From: Nitrosomonadales bacterium
GTDB lineage: Bacteria; Pseudomonadota; Gammaproteobacteria; Burkholderiales; Gallionellaceae
Direction of reading: 5' to 3'
Assembly (NCBI GenBank): GCA_016223025.1
Contig: JACRPU010000021.1
Coordinates: 14,380-78,379, forward strand
Length of the DNA: 64,000 bases
Position numbers and translations under genes: made by a program. The notes beneath the pieces are model-generated. The model was not told the DNA's origin, ran no database searches, and saw nothing but the letters and a program-made list of their open reading frames with translations. Below, in pieces: positions 11,971 through 20,771 of this stretch (its first letter is position 1; each line of letters starts with the position of its first letter).

Positions 11971-12783
11971 CTAAGGTTGCGGATAAAACAGAAACAGCCG
12001 GTACCCCGCCGGTTTCAGGTCGGTGGTGTCGAGGTGCAGCTTGACGCCGGTTTCGCGGTTGGGGGCCAGCCCTTGTTTTTCGTCTTCGCCGGAGCGGAGG
12101 TATTCCGCCGGGCGGAAGGTGCGGCGCGCCAGCGTCTTGTCCTGCACGTCGGTCAGCGTGAGTTCGAGGTCGGGAAAGGCTTGCGCGTAGGTGGCGCGGT
12201 TGCGCAGGGTGGCGTTGAGCGTGATGGCGCTGGATTGCGACGGGTCGGCTTCCATGTCGGATGACTCGATGCTCATCAGGTCTGCCTGTTGCGGCAGCGG
12301 GATGCTGCATTGGAGCAGGCTGCAATAGGCGGCGAGCGCGGGCTTGAGGCCGGGCAGATGCGCGGCGAGCTCGACGCGGAAGGTATATGCCGCCTGCGCC
12401 AGCAGAACTGTCAACAGCAGCAGGCTGCCGATGGTCCACGGCCAGCGGCGGTGCTTCGCGGCTGGTTTGCGGGGGACCTCCGGCGGTTCTTCCGCGATGG
12501 TGACCTGTTGTGCCAGCGTGAGAGGGGGAGATTCTTCCGTTGTGCGGGCCGCGCTGGAGGCGGGTTGTTCCTGCGCCGCTGGCGGGGTATGCCGGGGCGC
12601 CGGTTCTTCCGTCACGATGGGCAGGCTGAGTTGCGGGCTGGGCTCGTCGTCGTGTAAATTTTCGATGGCGTTGAACACTGCCTGGCAGCGCCCGCAGCGC
12701 ACCATGCCGCGATGCGCCTCAAGCTGCTCCTGGCTGGCTTTGAAACGGGTATTGCAGGTCGGGCATCGGGTTATGGCGCTCAT
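11971..12783 (-). CDS. Zinc-ribbon plus DUF3426 membrane protein
   Basis: MSAITRCPTCNTRFKASQEQL...VRCGRCQAVFNA zinc ribbon, one TM segment, C-terminal DUF3426-like domain. Its ATG overlaps the prmA stop (ATGA). Confidence 0.75.
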   Translation of the reverse strand: MSAITRCPTCNTRFKASQEQLEAHRGMVRCGRCQAVFNAIENLHDDEPSPQLSLPIVTEEPAPRHTPPAAQEQPASSAARTTEESPPLTLAQQVTIAEEPPEVPRKPAAKHRRWPWTIGSLLLLTVLLAQAAYTFRVELAAHLPGLKPALAAYCSLLQCSIPLPQQADLMSIESSDMEADPSQSSAITLNATLRNRATYAQAFPDLELTLTDVQDKTLARRTFRPAEYLRSGEDEKQGLAPNRETGVKLHLDTTDLKPAGYRLFLFYPQP

Positions 12784-13670
12784 CGTTTCACACCGGACAA
12801 ACAGGCCCATCCATCTTCCGTCACCGGCGGTTCCAGGTCAAACCAATGCGCATAGATTTTCATCACGTCTTCCGCCTGTTCGCCGAGTATGCCGGACAGC
12901 ACGATTTGTCCGCCCTGCCGGGTCGCGCCGGCGAGCAGCGGGGCGAGCATCTTGAGCGGGTTGGTGAGGATGTTGGCGACGACGATGTCAAACTGCCGTT
13001 GCGGGGTTTTATCCGGCAGGCAGAATTCTGCCGTTATACGGTTGGCCGCCGCGTTGTCGCGGCTTGCCTGCACCGCCTGCGCGTCCGCGTCCACGCCGGT
13101 GGCGCGGGAGGCGCCCAGCTTGAGCGCGGCGATGGCGAGAATGCCGGAGCCGCAGCCGTAATCCAGCACGCTTTCGCCGCCCGCGATGTTGGCGTCCAGC
13201 CAGCGCAGGCATAGGCGGGTGGTGGGGTGGCTGCCGGTGCCGAAAGCCAGGCCGGGGTCGAGCGTGATGTTGGTGGCGCCGGGATCGGATGGCGTGTGCC
13301 AGGTCGGCACGATCCACAGCCGCTGCGAGATGCGGATGGGGTCGAACTGCGCCTGGGTCAGGCGCACCCAGTCGTTGTCTTCCAGCGTTGCAATGCGGTA
13401 GGCGGGAGGGTGGGGCAGGCCGATGGCCTGCGCCGCTTCCGTCATGATGGCGGCTATCGGCGCATCTTCGGGAAACAGGGCGGTGATACGGTTATGCTGC
13501 CACAGGTGCGGGGCAGGCTCGCACGGCTCGCCGAAAACGGCTTGCTCGGCGGGGGTGCCGGCATCGGCATCGTGCAGGTCCACCGATAGTGCGCCGAGCG
13601 CCAGCAAGGCTTCGCTCAAACCATCGGCCTGGTGTTCGGGGACTGTGACCGTCAGCATCAGCCAGGCCAT
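12780..13670 (-). CDS. prmA: Ribosomal protein L11 methyltransferase
   Basis: 296 aa. SAM motif VLDYGCGSGILAIAA and the typical PrmA N-terminal domain. Confidence 0.92.
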   Translation of the reverse strand: MAWLMLTVTVPEHQADGLSEALLALGALSVDLHDADAGTPAEQAVFGEPCEPAPHLWQHNRITALFPEDAPIAAIMTEAAQAIGLPHPPAYRIATLEDNDWVRLTQAQFDPIRISQRLWIVPTWHTPSDPGATNITLDPGLAFGTGSHPTTRLCLRWLDANIAGGESVLDYGCGSGILAIAALKLGASRATGVDADAQAVQASRDNAAANRITAEFCLPDKTPQRQFDIVVANILTNPLKMLAPLLAGATRQGGQIVLSGILGEQAEDVMKIYAHWFDLEPPVTEDGWACLSGVKR

Positions 13671-13742
13671 GTTATCTTTGCGAACGCGGCCGATAGGGTT
13701 GCGGCAGCGGATTCACCTCGCGGAGGCAAGTCCGCATCTGCC

Positions 13743-15068
13743 TTACCCTTCCCGTCCGATGCCGTGATACTCGATGCCCAGCGCGGCGACGTTTGACGGT
13801 TCGAACAGGTTGCGGCCATCGAAGATGACGGGCTGCTTGAGGCGTGACTTGATCGCCCCGAAATCCGGGCTCTTGAAGGCCTTCCATTCGGTGACAATAA
13901 TCAGCGCATCCGCATCCTGCAGCGCATCCAGCGGAGTTTCGGCGTAGCGCAGGTCTTTGCGTTCGCCGTAAATATGGAGGGTTTCCTTCATCGCCACCGG
14001 GTCGTGCGCGGTGACGGTCGCGCCTTTTTCCCACAGCCCTTCCATCACCACGCGGCTGGTGGCGTCGCGCATGTCGTCGGTGCCCGGCTTGAAGGCCAGC
14101 CCCCAAAGCGCAAAATGCTTCCCCTTGAGGTCGCTGCCGAAGCGGGCGGTGATTTTTTGCAGCAGCACCCTCTTCTGCGCATGGTTCACCTCTTCCACCG
14201 CATTCAGGATTCTCAGCGGCAGACCGTGTTCTTCACCGGTGCGTTGCAGCGCGCGGATATCCTTGGGGAAGCAGGAGCCGCCATAGCCGCATCCGGCATA
14301 CAGGAAGTGATAGCCGATGCGCTGGTCCGAGCCGATGCCCTTGCGCACATGCTCGATGTCGGCACCGACCTCCTCGGCGAGGTTGGCCAGCTCGTTCATG
14401 AACGAGATGCGCGTGGCGAGCATGGCGTTGGCGGCGTACTTGGTCAGTTCCGCCGACTTGATGTCCATCACCATCAGGCGGTCGTGGTTGCGCTGGAACG
14501 GCGCGTACATCTCGCGCATGACATTGATCGCCCGCTCGTCCTCGGCGCCGATCACGATGCGGTCCGGGCGGTTGAAGTCATCTATTGCCGCGCCTTCCTT
14601 GAGGAATTCCGGGTTGGAAACCACGCTGAACCCGATTTCCATCCCGCGCTTGTCCATCTCTTCCTGCACCGCCTGTTTGACCTTGCCGGCGGTGCCGACC
14701 GGCACCGTGGATTTATCCACGATCACCTTGTATCCGGTCATGGCGCGACCGATGGCGCGCGCGGCGGCGACAACATACTGCAAATCCGCAGAACCGTCTT
14801 CGCCCGATGGCGTGCCCACCGCGATCATCTGCACCAGCCCGTGCGCCACGCTTGCGGCAACATCGGTGGTGAAACGCAGGCGACCGGCGGCGACATTGCT
14901 TTTGATGACTTCTTCCAGTCCCGGCTCGTAAATCGGCACACCGCCGCTGTTGAGGATAGCTATCTTGCGCGGGTCAACATCCAGGCAAATGACATCGTTG
15001 CCCAGCTCGGCCAGACATGCGCCGGACACCAGGCCCACATAGCCGGAACCGATTACAGTAATTTTCAT
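13743..15068 (-). CDS. ugd: UDP-glucose 6-dehydrogenase
   Basis: 441 aa. [20 protein letters not shown] Rossmann start and catalytic GGSCFPKD motif. Confidence 0.92.
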   Translation of the reverse strand: MKITVIGSGYVGLVSGACLAELGNDVICLDVDPRKIAILNSGGVPIYEPGLEEVIKSNVAAGRLRFTTDVAASVAHGLVQMIAVGTPSGEDGSADLQYVVAAARAIGRAMTGYKVIVDKSTVPVGTAGKVKQAVQEEMDKRGMEIGFSVVSNPEFLKEGAAIDDFNRPDRIVIGAEDERAINVMREMYAPFQRNHDRLMVMDIKSAELTKYAANAMLATRISFMNELANLAEEVGADIEHVRKGIGSDQRIGYHFLYAGCGYGGSCFPKDIRALQRTGEEHGLPLRILNAVEEVNHAQKRVLLQKITARFGSDLKGKHFALWGLAFKPGTDDMRDATSRVVMEGLWEKGATVTAHDPVAMKETLHIYGERKDLRYAETPLDALQDADALIIVTEWKAFKSPDFGAIKSRLKQPVIFDGRNLFEPSNVAALGIEYHGIGREG

Positions 15069-15264
15069 TTCACCGAACCTTCAAAAATCAAAGTGCGCAT
15101 TATGCCGTAGAATGGCCGGACTAGTCAGCGCCGCTGGCCAAATACCCTGTGAGACGGGGTTTCTTGTTGGGCAGAGAGATGGCAATCTTGTGATTGCCGC
15201 TACTGTATTTGTCTGGTGCGTTCGGCTAAACTGCGCGCCGATTAGCTCGGAGGGCGGGTGTGAT

Positions 15265-15381
15265 TTAACGTGAAACTCGCGCAACGAGGGCTTCGCCCTC
15301 TCTCCCTCTGGGAGAGAGTAGAGTGAGGGAACGGGCATGGCGAGTTTCATAATCAGGGGTGGCTACTCGCCATGCCCGTTA
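15265..15381 (+). mobile_element. MITE-like structured element, family B, full copy 1
   Basis: TTAACGTGAAACTCGCGCAACGAGGG, then an internal CTCTCCC...GGGAGAG hairpin, then GGGAACGGGCATGGCGAGT-loop-ACTCGCCATGCCCGTTA (perfect 16 bp stem). The same architecture occurs at 20280, 31012 and 61253. Confidence 0.8.
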
Positions 15382-15547
15382 GCGTGAAATACATTTACGA
15401 AAACAGCCGTATGTTGCATGGAATCAATCTGTTACTCTGTGGATAAGTTCAGGCCTCAAGGGCAAGATTGACCTTCGGTTATTGCGCCTTCAACCCGATA
15501 ACCCAGTCTCTTATGAGCCAACTCTTCACATTTTTTGAGCGGATTCC

Positions 15548-15607
15548 CGTAGGTGCGAATGTATTCGCACGATCATCAGGTTATGTGCGGATACATTCGC
15601 ACCTACG
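15548..15607. repeat. REP-like hairpin
   Basis: CGTAGGTGCGAATGTATTCGCAC ... GTGCGGATACATTCGCACCTACG, about a 22 bp stem with one mismatch. Confidence 0.7.
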
Positions 15608-15767
15608 TTCGTTTGGTTCCGGCTCGCCCGGCTTAGGGCGCGAGCGCAGGCTCGAAGAGCCACCTGATGGATTATCTGGGTTCAAATGTAATTTTTCTCA
15701 TGTGTGCTGTTGGCGGATGAGGTGGTGAAATGAAATCTGTTGGCAACTCTGGGGTGTTGCGCAAGCC

Positions 15768-16580
15768 ATGACCCAGGCCGATCTGCAACTCACGTCTGTC
15801 GCGCGTATCCACGGCGAACCGCTGCTGGAGATGCCGCAGGATTTGTATATCCCGCCGGATGCGCTGGAAGTGGTGCTGGAAGCCTTTCAGGGGCCGCTCG
15901 ACTTGCTGCTGTACCTGATCCGCAAGCACAATCTGGATGTGCTCGATATTCCGATGGCGCAGCTCACGCAGCAGTACATGGGCTACATCGAGATGATGCG
16001 GCGCAACCGCATGGAGCTTGCCGCCGAGTATCTGCTGATGGCGGCGGTGCTGATCGAGATCAAGTCGCGCATGTTGCTGCCGCGCCCGCCCAGGGCGAGC
16101 GAGGGGGAGGGCGCGGAAGATCCGCGCGCCGAGCTGATGCGCCGCCTGATCGAATACGAGCAGATGAAACGCGCCGCGCAGAAGCTGAACGAGCTGCCGC
16201 AGGCCGGGCGCGATTTCGAGCTGGTGCAGGTGCTGATCGAGCGCGCCGTGGAGCAGCGCCTGCCGGGCGTCGCCGTGGAGGATTTGCGCCACGCCTGGCT
16301 GGCCCTGCTGGCGCGCGCCAGGCTGAACGCGCACCACAAGGTGCGGCGCGAGGAGCTGTCGGTGCGCGAGCAGATGACCAAAGTGCTGCGCCGACTGCGC
16401 CACGGCGAATTCGAACCGTTCGAGAATCTGTTCGACGCGGGCGATGGCATCGCGCAACTGGTGGTGACATTTATTGCCATTCTGGAACTGGCCAAGGAGT
16501 CCTTGGTTGAAATCACGCAAACCGAAACGCTGGGGAACATTTATGTCCGAGCAAGCCGCAGCCTTACCGCAGCAGAGTAA
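15768..16580 (+). CDS. scpA: Segregation and condensation protein A
   Basis: 270 aa. FQGPLDLLLYLIRKHNLDVLDIPMAQLTQQY is the kleisin ScpA signature. Confidence 0.9.
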   Translation: MTQADLQLTSVARIHGEPLLEMPQDLYIPPDALEVVLEAFQGPLDLLLYLIRKHNLDVLDIPMAQLTQQYMGYIEMMRRNRMELAAEYLLMAAVLIEIKSRMLLPRPPRASEGEGAEDPRAELMRRLIEYEQMKRAAQKLNELPQAGRDFELVQVLIERAVEQRLPGVAVEDLRHAWLALLARARLNAHHKVRREELSVREQMTKVLRRLRHGEFEPFENLFDAGDGIAQLVVTFIAILELAKESLVEITQTETLGNIYVRASRSLTAAE

Positions 16581-16644
16581 TTTTCCCGCTTCTCCGGAAG
16601 GGGCCGGGGGTGGGGGAGCCAACGATGCAGAGACTGCCACCATC

Positions 16645-17280
16645 ATGAACTCCCTCACCCCAACCCTGATGGAACCACTAGCCATTCGACCAGGCTGCCC
16701 GGATGCCGCAGCCAAGCCGCCGGTTATCTCCCAAAGGGAGAGGGAGCAGATGTTGCGCGTGCTGGAAGCCGCGCTGCTGACCGCGCAGGAGCCGCTGTCG
16801 TTGGCCGAGCTGAAGAAGCTTGGCGATGTGCCGACAGACAGCGGGATTATCGGAGAACTGCTCGAACATCTGGCGCGGGGTTATTAGAACAGCGGCGTGG
16901 AGCTCAACCGCGTGGCGAACGGCTGGCGTTTCCGCGCCCGCCCGGAAATGCAGCCCTATCTGGATCGCCTCAATCCGCAGAAACCGCCGCGCTACTCGCG
17001 CGCGGTGATGGAGACGCTCGCCATCATCACTTACCGCCAGCCGGTGACACGCGGCGATATCGAGGAAATACGGGGGGTGGCGGTATCTTCTCAGATACTG
17101 AAAACACTGGAAGCCCGCGGCTGGATAGACGTGGTCGGCACGCGCGATGCGCCGGGCAAACCCGCGCTGTACGCCACCACCAAGCAGATGCTGGACGATC
17201 TCAACCTGTGTTCCTTGCAGGAGTTGCCGCCGCTGGAGGAGATCAGCGGCTTGCTGGAACAGGAGCCGGGCACGGCATGA
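16645..17280 (+). pseudogene. scpB: Segregation and condensation protein B interrupted by an in-frame TAG (16885-16887)
   Basis: ORFs 16474-16887 and 16897-17280 are in the same frame. The joined sequence ...[29 protein letters not shown]...[32 protein letters not shown] is a colinear ScpB. The start is uncertain (ATG at 16543 or 16645). Confidence 0.8.
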
Positions 17281-17284
17281 GCCG

Positions 17285-18241
17285 TCAACTGCCTTCCGGC
17301 GCAATCCACGATCGGCCGGTCGCCCGCAACCCCTGATCGAGCGAGAACGGTGGATGCCAATTCAGTTCGCGGCGGATCTTGCCGTCATCCACCTGCAACG
17401 AATCCAGCAAGCGCCCCATTTGTTGGGATTTCCCGGCCAGTTTTCCGGCAAGCCGCAGCAAGGCGGCAGGGCAAGGGAACAGGCGCGAAGGAACGCCCAT
17501 TCCGCCTGCCAGTTGCCGCAGCAGGCCTGAAGTCGAGATGTCTTCGCCATCGCATACCAGGTAGGTCTGTCCGGTAGCTGCAGGATGGGTTGCGCAGACG
17601 ATCAGCGCATCCGCCAGGTTGCCCACATAAATCAGGCTGCGGTAGTTGCATACCGAGGCGAAAGGCAAGGGGATGCGCCCGGCAACCACGTTGAGCATCT
17701 GCGCGAAATTACCTTTCACGCCGGGGCCGTACACCAGCGGAGGGCGCACGATAACCACTTCCAACCCGGTTTCCCGTGCAATGCGCCGCAATTCCTGCTC
17801 GGCTTCCCGCTTTGAGACGGCATAGGGGTCCTGCGGGGCAGGCGGGTCGGCCTCGGAGAATTTTTGCCCATTACGGGTTGCTTCGCCGTTCACCTTGATC
17901 GAGCTGACGTAGACCAACCGCTTCACGCCGGCACGCGCCGCCTGACGCGCGAGGTTTATCGTGCCATGCAGATTGACCTCGAGAAACTCTGCCAACGGGT
18001 CGGCGGCGGTATCGCTCATCACATGCACGCGGGCGGCGAGATGGATCACCGCGCCCACGCCGTGCAATGCAGTTGCCCAGTCCGTCGCACCGTCAATCCG
18101 ACCGACGGCCACCTGTTCGGTTTTACCGGTTGGCCCATCGGCGGCACGCACAGCCGCACGGACGGACTGCCCCCGCCGGAGCAGTTCGGCGCAGAGCGGT
18201 TTGCCGACAAAACCGCCGGGCCCGGTAACCAGATATTTCAT
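17285..18241 (-). CDS. NAD-dependent sugar-nucleotide epimerase/dehydratase (SDR family)
   Basis: The internal ATG gives MKYLVTGPGGFVGKPL (Rossmann GxxGxxG). YAVSK catalytic motif present. Confidence 0.8.
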   Translation of the reverse strand: MKYLVTGPGGFVGKPLCAELLRRGQSVRAAVRAADGPTGKTEQVAVGRIDGATDWATALHGVGAVIHLAARVHVMSDTAADPLAEFLEVNLHGTINLARQAARAGVKRLVYVSSIKVNGEATRNGQKFSEADPPAPQDPYAVSKREAEQELRRIARETGLEVVIVRPPLVYGPGVKGNFAQMLNVVAGRIPLPFASVCNYRSLIYVGNLADALIVCATHPAATGQTYLVCDGEDISTSGLLRQLAGGMGVPSRLFPCPAALLRLAGKLAGKSQQMGRLLDSLQVDDGKIRRELNWHPPFSLDQGLRATGRSWIAPEGS

Positions 18242-18498
18242 GTTTGTTCCGAAGCCCTTTGCATATTGCGTACTCCACGGCATTCGGCCACCTGCTCCAC
18301 GATGATCCGACCGGGTCAGTCGGAGCGAAGCGACGCAAGATTTTCAGGTTAAGTTGTTTGGTCGCCGCCTGTCAATTTTCCCATTTCTTTACGCATCAAT
18401 TTGCCGGTCAAATTGATCCGGTAGCTGATCGCGTTGGTGAGGTAAGCCCGGCATGCCGCTTCAACCCGGCTGTTATGTCGCGCGGTTTGCGGGGGCGT

Positions 18499-18649
18499 GC
18501 AGGCATGGCGAGTTTCATTTAGCCGCAAGCTCGAAACTTCGCTTCGCTCGTTTGGCCGCAAGCTCGAAACTTCGCTTCGCTCGTTTGGCCGCAAGCTCGA
18601 AACTTCGCTTCGCTCGTTTTCAGGGGTGGCTACTTTGCCATGCCCGTTA
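18499..18649 (+). mobile_element. Family B element, hairpin half only, loop expanded by a tandem repeat
   Basis: GGCATGGCGAGTTTCAT ... GGGGTGGCTACTTTGCCATGCCCGTTA. The terminal TTA is the complement of the dsrM TAA stop. Confidence 0.7.
18518..18616. repeat. Tandem repeat, 3 x 33 bp
   Basis: TTT(A/G)GCCGCAAGCTCGAAACTTCGCTTCGCTCG repeated three times head to tail. Confidence 0.95.
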
Positions 18650-19372
18650 TTCTCCCGTTTCCAGTTTGGCCGCCCACGCTGCCAGATGGCGCTTTTCGCG
18701 CGGGTTGTCGGCCTGGTTGCGGGAGGGCGAGAAGAACACCCCCGGCGCGTGCAGCAGCTTGCTGAAAGGGAAAATAACCAGCAGCAGCGCGACCAGCAAA
18801 AGGTGCAGATAGAGCGCGAAGTCGGAAGGCAGCGTCTGGAAATCGAAGCGCATGAGGCCGAGAATGAAGGCCTTGGCGCCGATGACATCGGTGTGGAAAA
18901 CAAACGCCATCAGCGCGCCGGAAAGAGCAATGAGAAGCAGCAGCACCAGCATCAGATGATCTGACGGGGTCGAAATGTAGCGGATGCGCTCGACAAAAAA
19001 ACGCCGCGCCAGCAGCCCGGCAAGCGCGAGAACCATGACCGGCGAGGCATAAAGGCCGAACGGCTGAGCAAGCGCAACCCAGAGCCAGACCGGTTCGGTA
19101 AAGTAGCGCAGATGCCGTATCAGAACCAGCACCAGGCTCAAGTGGAAAAGCCAGCCCAGCGCCCATGTCCAGAGGTTGGATTTGAACAGGCTTTCAAAAA
19201 ACACCACTTCCCTGCACATGCGCAATACGACGCCGCCGCCGGTGACGGGCGCCGGGGTGGTCGGGATTTTCAGCGGCGCCGGCGTGCGCGCAAAATCATA
19301 AATCTTGTACCCCACTCCCAGCACCAGTACCAGGAATGCGAGGTAGAACAAAATGGCGAAGAGCAAGCTCAT
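18647..19372 (-). CDS. dsrM: NarI-like dihaem membrane subunit, read as DsrM
   Basis: 241 aa with 5-6 TM segments and conserved His, positioned immediately after dsrC in a dsrABEFHC array. Confidence 0.7.
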   Translation of the reverse strand: MSLLFAILFYLAFLVLVLGVGYKIYDFARTPAPLKIPTTPAPVTGGGVVLRMCREVVFFESLFKSNLWTWALGWLFHLSLVLVLIRHLRYFTEPVWLWVALAQPFGLYASPVMVLALAGLLARRFFVERIRYISTPSDHLMLVLLLLIALSGALMAFVFHTDVIGAKAFILGLMRFDFQTLPSDFALYLHLLLVALLLVIFPFSKLLHAPGVFFSPSRNQADNPREKRHLAAWAAKLETGE

Positions 19373-19411
19373 TTTCGGTATGACGGGAGCCAGGGGTCAG
19401 GGGGCAAGGGC

Positions 19412-19470
19412 CAGGAATCGGGTATCAGAAATGGGGCCGGTGCCCGGCTTTTTCTGACCCCTGATTCCTG
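19412..19470 (-). promoter_or_regulatory. Long stem-loop in the dsrC-dsrM spacer (candidate mRNA stabiliser or processing site)
   Basis: On the transcript: CAGGAATCAGGGGTCAGAAAAAGCCGG-GCA-CCGGCCCCATTTCTGATACCCGATTCCTG. An outer 8 bp stem, a middle TCAGAAA/TTTCTGA stem and an inner GCCGG/CCGGC stem. No U-run follows. Confidence 0.4.
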
Positions 19471-19493
19471 TTACCCGATACCCGACACCCGGA

Positions 19494-19829
19494 TCAGATG
19501 CAGCCGGTCGGTTTGGGCAGCCCCGCAATCTTGCATGCCTGCTTCCCCGGCCCGTAGGGAAACAGCTCGTAGAGGTACTGGCTGTTGCCTTTGTCCGGCC
19601 CGAATTTCTTGCCGATAGCCTTGGTCAGCACGCGGACCGCCGGGGCGATCTGATATTCTTCATAGTACTCGCGCAGAAAGTTGACCACTTCCCAGTGGTT
19701 GTCGGTCATGTTCAGGCTTTCCTGCTGCGCTATGAAATTGGCGACATCGGTGTTCCAGTCGGCGAGATTGATGAGGTAACCTTCCTCGTCGGTTTCATAG
19801 GATTTACCGCTTACTTCGATGCTGGCCAT
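19494..19829 (-). CDS. dsrC: DsrC sulfur carrier, both C-terminal cysteines present
   Basis: 111 aa. C-terminus PGKQACKIAGLPKPTGCI carries the two conserved Cys. Confidence 0.92.
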   Translation of the reverse strand: MASIEVSGKSYETDEEGYLINLADWNTDVANFIAQQESLNMTDNHWEVVNFLREYYEEYQIAPAVRVLTKAIGKKFGPDKGNSQYLYELFPYGPGKQACKIAGLPKPTGCI

Positions 19830-19860
19830 GGTGATTCTCCTCTTTTAACTTTAACCGGGT

Positions 19861-20157
19861 TCAAAGCCAGGATTGGCAGTTTTTATTGGCGGCGACGAGA
19901 TCAACAAAACCGCCGTAATCTACTTTCGCAACTCCTTCGATGATGCGATCGGCAAGCCCGCGCGCTTCGAGGTCGGGCAGCAGGATATGTATCTTTAACC
20001 GGCTCATCGCTTCGCGCACTTTGCCCTCCATCGCGTTGCCTTTTGTTGCGGCATAAACCGCGTCTTCGATAAGCAGGATGTCGCCTGATGCGGCGACGCG
20101 CAGGCAGGCATCGAGCGAGTTGTTACCCAGCGGCGACTTGTTGATGATGTGCAGCAT
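19861..20157 (-). CDS. dsrH: DsrH (TusB-like)
   Basis: 98 aa. MLHIINKSP... DsrH/TusB pattern and position in the dsrEFH set. Confidence 0.85.
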   Translation of the reverse strand: MLHIINKSPLGNNSLDACLRVAASGDILLIEDAVYAATKGNAMEGKVREAMSRLKIHILLPDLEARGLADRIIEGVAKVDYGGFVDLVAANKNCQSWL

Positions 20158-20198
20158 TTTGATTCCTTACTTTTGTAGAGCTACTGAAACCCTTGGTC

Positions 20199-20268
20199 CG
20201 TCATTCCGGCGAAAGCCGGAATCCGGTGCTTTTGATCGAATGGACACCGGCCTTCGCCGGTGTGACGA
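20199..20268. repeat. Double-hairpin repeat, family C
   Basis: CGTCATTCCGGCGAAAGCCGGAATCCGGTG ... TGGACACCGGCCTTCGCCGGTGTGACGAC. A second copy is at 58073-58140. Confidence 0.8.
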
Positions 20269-20279
20269 CCATGTTCCTC

Positions 20280-20401
20280 TAACGGGCATGGCGAATAGCC
20301 ACCCCTGATTATGAAACTCGCCAAGCCCGTTTCCCTCACCCCAACCCTCTCCCGCTGGCGGGAGAGGGGGCGAACGAACCGCTGCGCGAGTTTCACGTTA
20401 A
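20280..20401 (-). mobile_element. Family B element, full copy 2 (reverse orientation) between dsrF and dsrH
   Basis: Its reverse complement aligns end to end with 15265-15381, with a variant central hairpin CTCTCCCGCTGGCGGGAGAG. The terminal TTAA contains the dsrF stop. Confidence 0.8.
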
Positions 20402-20763
20402 AAGCTCAGCACCACATCCTGCTCATCCATGAGCGCGCCCATTTCCCTGCTGCCCAGGACGGTCACATCCACCAGCAGGTCTTCTTCGGTCAGGCCGCGC
20501 GCGTCGAGCGATTCCTTTTCGACGTAGAGTTTTTCGACATCGTAACCATCCAGCGCGCGGTAGGTGGGGGAAAAATTCTTGGTTTCTATCCCCTTTGTCT
20601 GCTGGCCTTTCTTCAACTGATACACGCCGTCGTCAAGAAATGCCAGCGACACGTCCTGATCGAAAGCGGCGGTGATGAGCACCACCTCCAGCGATTCCAG
20701 CGCGTAAATCGTGCCGTAGGGCGCCTTGCGGTTGACGAACAGGAATTTTTTGACTTCGTTCAT
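20398..20763 (-). CDS. dsrF: DsrF (TusC-like)
   Basis: 121 aa, DsrE/F fold pattern, second gene of dsrEFH. Confidence 0.85.
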   Translation of the reverse strand: MNEVKKFLFVNRKAPYGTIYALESLEVVLITAAFDQDVSLAFLDDGVYQLKKGQQTKGIETKNFSPTYRALDGYDVEKLYVEKESLDARGLTEEDLLVDVTVLGSREMGALMDEQDVVLSF

Positions 20764-20771
20764 ATGTTTCC

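Noticed and set aside
16885-16887. TAG in scpB as pyrrolysine, and TGA in brnT (51003-51005) as selenocysteine.
   Set aside because: There is no SECIS-like hairpin directly after the TGA. No pyl or sel genes are in view. The positions are variable, non-catalytic residues. A point mutation or sequencing error is far more likely.
18349-18500. Possible remnant of dsrK immediately after dsrM.
   Set aside because: Reading all minus-strand frames gave no CCG or Fe-S cluster motifs and nothing DsrK-like. One frame ends ...AISYRINLTGKLMRKEMGKL, which I cannot assign.
18518-18616. Regularly spaced 33 bp repeats considered as a possible mini CRISPR array, given the Cas6-like gene at 24054.
   Set aside because: The units are directly adjacent with no spacers and sit in the loop of a family B hairpin. 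This is a simple tandem duplication.
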